Source: Chiloscyllium plagiosum
Taxonomy: Eukaryota
Direction: 5' to 3'
NCBI RefSeq assembly: GCF_004010195.1
Contig: NC_057749.1
Location: 20,941,674 to 20,969,046, forward strand
DNA length: 27,373 nt
The number at the start of each line of letters is the position of its first letter. The stretch's first letter is position 1. The notes below the pieces were generated by a model, which was not told the origin of the DNA, did not search any database, and saw only the letters and a program-made list of their open reading frames with translations. The position numbers and the translations under genes were made by a program. Below, in pieces: positions 21,041 to 27,373 of this stretch.

Positions 21041-21597
21041 ACATTTTGACTCAAAATTCCTCCACACCCAATATTGCTGAAACAGAGCCCAAGTCCATAC
21101 TTTCTGTGAGAGCTTTATTTCAGTTAGCCACGCTCACAGGCTGCTATTTCCCTGTGTTTGGACAACCCATTCCAGCCACGTGCGAGTCAGAGCAGAAATG
21201 AAAGAATTGGCAGGATGAATGCGTGGCTTGAGAGATTCTGCAGGAGGGAGTGGTTCAGATTTTTGGGACATTGGGACCGGTTGTGTGGGAAGTGGGACTA
21301 TTACAAATTGGACAGTCTACACCTGGGCCGGACTGGAACCAGTGTCCTCGGACTTGCTTTTGCTAACGCTCTAGAGGAGGGTTTAAACTAATGTGGCAGG
21401 GGGATGGGAACCAAATGAGGAGGATAGTGGACAGGAAAAAGGTACTAACTAAAGCCTGTAAGGAACTAGATAATGAAGTCAGCGTGACTAAGGGGAAGAA
21501 TAGGCTGGGAGCAGATGATGAATGCAAAATGACTGGTGGTCTAAGATGCTTTTGTTTTAATGCAAGAAGTGTAGTACATAATGCAGAACTTAGGGCT

Positions 21598-21804
21598 GAA
21601 AGTGTGTTGCTGGAAAAGCGCAGCAGGTCAGGCAGCATCCAAGGAACAAGAGAATCGACGTTTCGGGCATAAGCCCTTCTTCAGGAAGGGCTTATGCCCA
21701 AAACGTCGATTCTCCTGTTCCTTGGATGCTGCCTGACCTGCTGCGCTTTTCCAGCAACACATTTTCAGCTCTGATCTCCAGCATCTGCAGTCCTCACTTT
21801 CTCC
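21598..21804. mobile_element. Young fold-back Penelope-type mini-insertion
   Basis: 85-bp inverted arms (21595-21679 / 21685-21769, 3 mismatches), 35-nt unpaired tail, 18-bp TSD AATGCAGAACTTAGGGCT (21580-21597, 21805-21822). Confidence 0.85.
21652..21687 (-). ncRNA. Minimal type I hammerhead ribozyme motif
   Basis: UUC-CUGAAGA-A-GGGC-UUAU-GCCC-GAAA-CGUC^GAUUC: conserved core intact, palindromic ACGU stem III, only 2-bp stem I. Confidence 0.65.
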
Positions 21805-24743
21805 AATGCAGAACTTAGGGCTTGGATTAGTATCTGGGAGTCTGATGTTATTTGCTATTATTGAGACTTGGTTGAGGGAAGGTTATGATTAGCATCTAAA
21901 TATCCCAGGATATCGATGCTTCAGGTGGGATAAAGAGGGAGAGAAAAGGGGTGGAGGAGTTGCATTACTGATCAGAGAGGATATCACAGCTGTGCTGAAG
22001 AAGGGCACTATGGAGGACTCAGGCAGTGAGGCAATATGGGCAGAGCTCAGAAATAGGAAGGGTACGGTAACAATGTTGGGGCTGTATGACAGGCCTCCCA
22101 ACAGCGAGTGTGAGATAGAGGTACAAATATGTAAGCAAATTATGGAAAGATGTAGGAGCAACAGGATGATGGTGATAGGAGATTTTAATTTTCCCAATAT
22201 TGACTGGGGTTCACTTAGCGTTAGAGGTCTTGATGATGCAGAATTTATAAGGAGCATCCAGGAGGGTTTTCTAAAGCAGTATGTAAATAGTCCAACTCGG
22301 GAAGGGGCCATACTGGACCTGGTGTTGGGGAATGAGCCCAGACAGGTGGTTGAAGTTTCAATAGGGGATTACTTTGGGAATAGTGATCACAATTCCTTAG
22401 GTTTTAGAATACTCATGGACAAAGACCAGAGAGGTCCTAAAGGAAGGGTGCTAAACTGGGGAAAGGCCAACAATAGCAAAATTCGGCAAGAGCTGTGGAA
22501 TGTGCATTAGGAGCAGCATTTGATATGTCGGAGGCTTTTAAAGAGAGGTGGATTAGAGTTCAGGAGAGATATGTACCAGTGAAAATGAGGGATAGAAATG
22601 GCAAGATTAGGGAACCATGGATGACAGGTGAAATTGTGAGACGAGCTGAGAGGTAAAAGGAATCGTGCATAAGGTCCAGGCGACTGAAGACAGACGAAGC
22701 TTTGGAAAAATATTGGGAATGTAGGACCAATCTGAAATGAGGAATTTAGAGGGCTAAAAAGGGGCATGAAATAATTTTAGCAAATAAGGTTAAGGAAATT
22801 CCCAAAGCCTGTATAGAGGTATAAGGAGCAAGAGGGTGACGAGAGAAAAGGTTGGCCCACTCCAAAGGCAAAGGAGGACAGTTCTGCGTGGAGTTTGAGA
22901 AAATGGTGAGATTCTTAATAAGTATTTTGCATCGGTATTCACCAAGGAAAGGGACATGACAGATGGTGAAGTTAGGGATAGATGTTCGATTACTCTTGGT
23001 CAAGTCAGTATAAGAAGGGATGCTGGGTATTCTAAAAGGCACTAAGGTGTACAAGTTCCCAGGTCCGGATGGGATCTAACCTAGGTTACTGAGGGAAGGG
23101 AGAAAGGAAATAGCTGGGGCCTTTATATATATCTTTGCAGCATCCTTGAACATGGGTGAGGTCTTAGAGGACTGGAGATTGTGAATGTCCTCTTGTTTAA
23201 GAGGAGTAGAAGGGACAATCCAGGTAAATATAGACCGGTGAGACTGACGTCAGTGGTTACGAAGCTGTTGGAGAAGGTTCTGAGGGTTAGGATCTATTCC
23301 CATTTGGAAGAAAATGGGCTTATCAGTGCAAGGAAGGTCATGTCTTACCAAGTTAATAGAATCTTTGAGGAAGTGACAAAGTTGATTGTTGAGGGAAGGG
23401 CTGTAGATGTCATATACATGGACTGCAGTAAGATGTTTGATAAGGTTCCCCATGGTAGGCTGATGGAGAAGGTGAAGTCGCATGGGGTCCAGGGTGTACT
23501 AGCTAGATGGATAGAGAACTGTCTGGGCAACTGGAGACAGAGAGGAGAGGTGGAAGGGAGTTTCTCAAAATAGAGAACTGTGACCAGTGGTGTTCCACAG
23601 GGATCTGTGTTGGGACCACTGTTGTTTGTGGTATTCATAAATGATCTGGAGGAAGGTATATAGGTGATCTGATTAGCAAGTTTGCAGATGACACTAAAAT
23701 TGATGGAGTAGCAGATAGTGAAGGGGACTGTCAGAGAATGCAGCAGAATATAGATAGATTGCAGAGTTGGGCAGAGAAATGGCAGATGGAGTTCAAACCG
23801 GGCAAATGCGAGGTGATGCATTTTGGAAGATCCAATTCTAGAGTGAACGATATAATAAATGGAAAAGACCTGGGGAAAATTGATGTACAGAGAGATGTGA
23901 GTGTTCAGGTCCATTGTTCCCTGAAGGTGGCAATGCAGGTCAGTAGAGTGGTCAAGAAGGCACACGGCATGCTTTCCTTCATCGGACGGGGTATTGAGTA
24001 CAAGGGTTGGCAGGTCATGTTACAGTTGTATAGGACTTTGATTCGGCCACGTTTGGAATACTGCGTACAGTTCTGGTCATCACATTACCAAAAGGATGTG
24101 GACGCTTTAGAGAGGGTGCAGAGGAGGTTCACCAGGATGTTGCCTGGTATGGAGGGTGCTAGCTATAAAGAGAGGTTGAGTAGGTTAGCATTATTTCATT
24201 AGAAAGGTGAAGTTTGAAGGGGGGGTGCCTGATTGAGATCTACAAAATCATGAGAGGTATAGGCAGGGTGGATAGCAAAAAGCTTTTTTCCTAGAGTGGG
24301 GGACTCAATTACTAGGGGTTATGAGTTCAGAGTGAGAGGGGGAAAGTTTAAGGGAGATATGCATGGAAAGTTTTTTATGCAGAGGGTGGTGGGTGCCTGG
24401 AACGCATTGCCAGTGGAGGTGGTAGAGGCGGACATGATAGTGTCATTTAAGATGTATATAGACAGCTACATGAATGGGCAGGGAGCAGAGAGATACAGAT
24501 TCTTAGAAAATAGGCAACAGGATTAGTTAGAGGGTCTGGATCAGCACAGGCTTGGAGGGCCGAAGGACCTGTTCCTGTGCCATAATTTTCTTTTACTCTT
24601 TGTTCTATTCAAACCTAATTAACTCGTCATTAATGTATCCAGCATCTATTCCATTTCTTCAGACTATATCAGATGATTAAAGCACATAACCTTATGCACC
24701 AGCAACTTCTGTTCACAAAATGAGTCACCAATTTCCACTTTTT

Positions 24744-25060
24744 ATAGAATCCCTGCAAAGTGGAAACAGACCATGCAAGTCCACACTGACTCTCCAAAGA
24801 GTAACACACCCAGACATATGCCCTATTACTCTACATTCAGCCCTAATCAATGCATCCCTGAACACTATGGGCAACTTAACATGGCCACCCTAACCTGCAC
24901 ATCTTTGGACTGTGGGAAGAAACCGGAGCACCCGGAGGAAACCCACGCAGACACGCGGAGAATGTGCAAACTCCACACTGTCACCCGAGGCTGGAATTGA
25001 ACCTGTGCCCCTGGCACTGTGAGGCAGCAGTGCTAACCACTGAGACACCATGCTACCGCC
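24744..25060 (-). mobile_element. HE1-like SINE
   Basis: Collinear with 19918-20213 (GGACTGTGGGA.GAAACCGGAGCA, GTGCAAACTCCACAC, GAGGCAGCAGTGCTAACCACTG). Confidence 0.9.
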
Positions 25061-25464
25061 AACACAGGGGCAAATGTCATGCACTGCATAGGACAGCTCT
25101 GGACTGATGGTGCTTGTCTGGTCTTTTACAGGTGGGATCCTGGGATATCCCGGCAGTAACGAATGCTTCCAGCGAGAGTGAGTGGGAGAATTGGACCAGC
25201 ATCGGATGAAAGGGGTGTCATAGGGGTAAGTAAGGCAGGTTGGGACAATTGTGTGAGGAATCTCACTCGGCCTCACAAAGCTTCTCGTGGAAACTTGAAT
25301 GAGGTGACATTCGGACCAAATAGGGTAGGAGTCAGCCCTCGGTTCTGGAGGCGAATCAATGAAGATTCCACATTGGTCAACACTGAGAGAACTCTGCTGC
25401 CTTTGGACTTCAAAGGAGCACTGTCTAATCTTTGATGTCTTCAAAAACATGTAAACCAGGCATC

Positions 25465-25722
25465 ATGTGACATCTCCTTTGAATGACAACACCAAAGGAA
25501 TCTTTTTCACGTAGAGGGAGGTACGTGTATGGAATGAGCTGCCGAGAGAAGTGGTGGAGGCTGGTACAATTACAACATTTAAAATGGAGCTGGATGGGTA
25601 TATGAATAGGAAGAGATTAGAGGGGTAAGGGCCAAATGCTGGCAAATAAGACTAGATTAATTTAGGAAATCTGGACAAGTTGGACCCAAGGTTCTGTTTC
25701 CGTGCTGTACATCTCTATGACC
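25465..25722 (+). mobile_element. CR1 3' fragment
   Basis: FFT*REVRVWNELPREVVEAGTITTFK; tail CTGTTTCCGTGCTGTACATCTCTATGAC. Confidence 0.8.
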
Positions 25723-26076
25723 CCAAAAGTTGCAACAGGGTAAATTTTACCAGAATGAGGGCAACAGTGGGGTTGGGGGCGAGTATGCCTTGACTTTGGG
25801 ACAGGGCACAGGTCCTGAATTCACATGGGTCAGTCATGTCTGAGCTCTCTTGTTCCATGAAGGATGGTAGGCACCGAGGCTACTGATCCTGCCCTCTCAG
25901 AGCATCAGTTACTCTGGATCCTCAACAAAGCTGCTGGGAGAAGCAGCTAGTCAACCGGAAGGGAGCCTCCAGGAGCTTATTTCAACTGGAAACACTCAAG
26001 TGTCTGCTGGAGAGCGTCTCCAGCAGAAAGAGTGCTGGCTTTCAGGATTGTGGACATGGTTTTTCCCAGATGCAGT

Positions 26077-26182
26077 GATAGAGTCATACAGCATGGAAAC
26101 AGACCCTTCAGCCCAACTCATCCATGCCAACCACATTTCCCAAACTAAACCAGTCCCATTTGCCTGCATTTGGTCCATACCC
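26077..26182 (-). mobile_element. CR1 3' tail fragment
   Basis: ATAGAGTCATACAGCATGGAAACAGACCC, same as the tail at 26529. Confidence 0.75.
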
Positions 26183-26234
26183 ACGGCACGTAACCCCAAC
26201 AAGGTAACACCTGGAAAACTTGTGATGTCACTTA

Positions 26235-26527
26235 GGGTGGCACGGTGGCTCAGTGGTTAGCACTGCTGCCTCACAGCACCAGGATCCCAGGTTTAATTCC
26301 AGCCTTGGGTGACTGTCTGTGTGGAGTTTGCACATTCTCCCCATGTCTACGTGGGTTTTTCCACAGTCCAACGATATGCATGTCAAGTGAATTGACTGTG
26401 CTAAATTGCCCATAGTGTTAGGTACATTAGTCAGAGGGAAATGGGTCTGGGTGGGTTACTCTTCGGAGGGTCAGTGTGGACTTGCTGGGCTGAAGGGCCA
26501 GTTTCCACACTGTAGGGAATCTAATCT
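26235..26527 (+). mobile_element. HE1-like SINE
   Basis: GGGTGGCACGGTGGCTCAGTGGTTAGCACTGCTGCCTCACAG head, V-domain, GGGAATCTAATCT tail. Confidence 0.92.
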
Positions 26528-26528
26528 T

Positions 26529-27079
26529 ATAGAGTCATATAGCATGGAAACGGACCCATCGATCCAACCAGTTCATGCCTAACATAATCCCAAATTAAAC
26601 TAGTCCCACTTGCCTGTTCCTGGCCCATATCCTTCCCAACCCTTCCTATTCATGTATCTATCTAAATTTTTTTTAAACTTTGTAATTGTACTGGTATCCA
26701 CTTCTTCCACAGGAAGTTCATTCTACAGGCAAACCTGTGTAAAAAGTTTGCTTATCATGTTTTTTTTAAATCACTCTCCCCTCGCCTTAAAAATATACCT
26801 CCTAGTCTTGAAATTTCCCCATCTTAGGGAAAAGACAGCTTCTATCTATACCTCTCATTATTTTTTTAAACTTCTAACAAGTCGCCTCTCAACCTCCTAC
26901 ACTCCAGTGAAAAGAGTCCAAGCCTATCCAGCCTTTCTTTATAACTCAAACCTTCCATACCTGGCAACATCCTGGTAACTCTCTTCTGGATCCACTCCAG
27001 CTTCATAATATCCTTCCCATAACAGGGTGACCTGAACTGAACACAATATTCCAGAAGTGGCCTCACCGATGTCCTGTAT
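26529..27079 (-). mobile_element. CR1 3' fragment
   Basis: LYRTSVRPLLEYCVQFRSP..RRLRGDLLEV and tail. Confidence 0.9.
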
Positions 27080-27373
27080 AACATAGAACATAGAACATAG
27101 AAGAATACAGCGCAGTACAGGCCCTTCGGCCCTCGATGTTGCGCCGATCCAAGCCCACCTAACCTACACTAGCCCACTATCCTCCATATGCCTATCCAAT
27201 GCCCGCTTAAATGCCCATAAAGAGGGAGAGTCCACCACTGCTACTGGCAGGGCATTCCATGAACTCACGACACGCTGAGTAAAGAATCTACCCCTAACAT
27301 CTGTCCTATACCTAACCCCCCCCCCCCCCCTTAATTTAAAGCTATGCCCCCTCATAATAGCTGACTCCATACG
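27080..27373 (-). mobile_element. Young CR1 3' end, continuing beyond the window
   Basis: (TTCTATG)3 tail, CpG-rich, FFTQRVVSSWNALP; related to the tail at 19020-19282. Confidence 0.92.

Larger units (their letters stand above)
21165..24607 (+). mobile_element. CR1 LINE: ORF1 esterase (SGNH) C-terminus, full ORF2 remnant, 3' tail
   Basis: RMNAWLERFCRREWFRFLGHWD..DSLHL..GLN* overlapping ATG (TAATG 21389); [46 protein letters not shown]. Confidence 0.95.

Noticed and set aside
21120..21165. Possible Copia PBS / 5' LTR edge
   Set aside because: No convincing TGG PBS or paired LTR visible; region is cut by the CR1
24890..25450. 186-aa minus ORF and an exon-like plus segment 25132-25225
   Set aside because: ORF reads into a SINE with no recognisable domain; the exon-like segment has stops in all three frames
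1..27373. CRISPR array, operon or other prokaryotic system
   Set aside because: No regularly spaced repeats or intact prokaryotic genes; content is vertebrate retroelement-rich DNA

Overview
Eukaryotic, repeat-dominated vertebrate DNA, almost certainly from a shark or other elasmobranch (HE1-like V-SINEs, many CR1 LINE subfamilies, Penelope-type terminal repeats). Most of the window is nested transposon debris and nearly all listed ORFs are decayed pieces of it. It holds many CR1-group LINE copies, one reaching into the ORF1 esterase. A fragmented Ty1/Copia element (gag-PR-IN-RT) lies on the minus strand at 15.3-21.0 kb, and a Copia RNase H lies on the plus strand at 9.9-11.6 kb. There is also a Gypsy LTR+PBS+gag, a solo LTR with a 4-bp TSD, several SINEs, and Penelope-like termini carrying minimal hammerhead-ribozyme motifs, including a 207-bp fold-back insertion with an 18-bp TSD. 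The ORF track misses two plus-strand segments (5302/5320-5431 and 6402-6472) that splice in frame into a Cys-rich C-terminus (...LRCKYCGDPNCLSHCYICVYGHGLWTSSGDEALRHRVSQRVMSTFSNPFRK*). These look like the last two coding exons of a host gene I cannot name. A repeat-free block at about 2.9-3.4 kb has enhancer-like Pbx-Hox/Meis/Fox motifs. Several short locally templated insertions are visible. Family assignments come from motif recognition by eye, not database searches, and most repeat boundaries are approximate.
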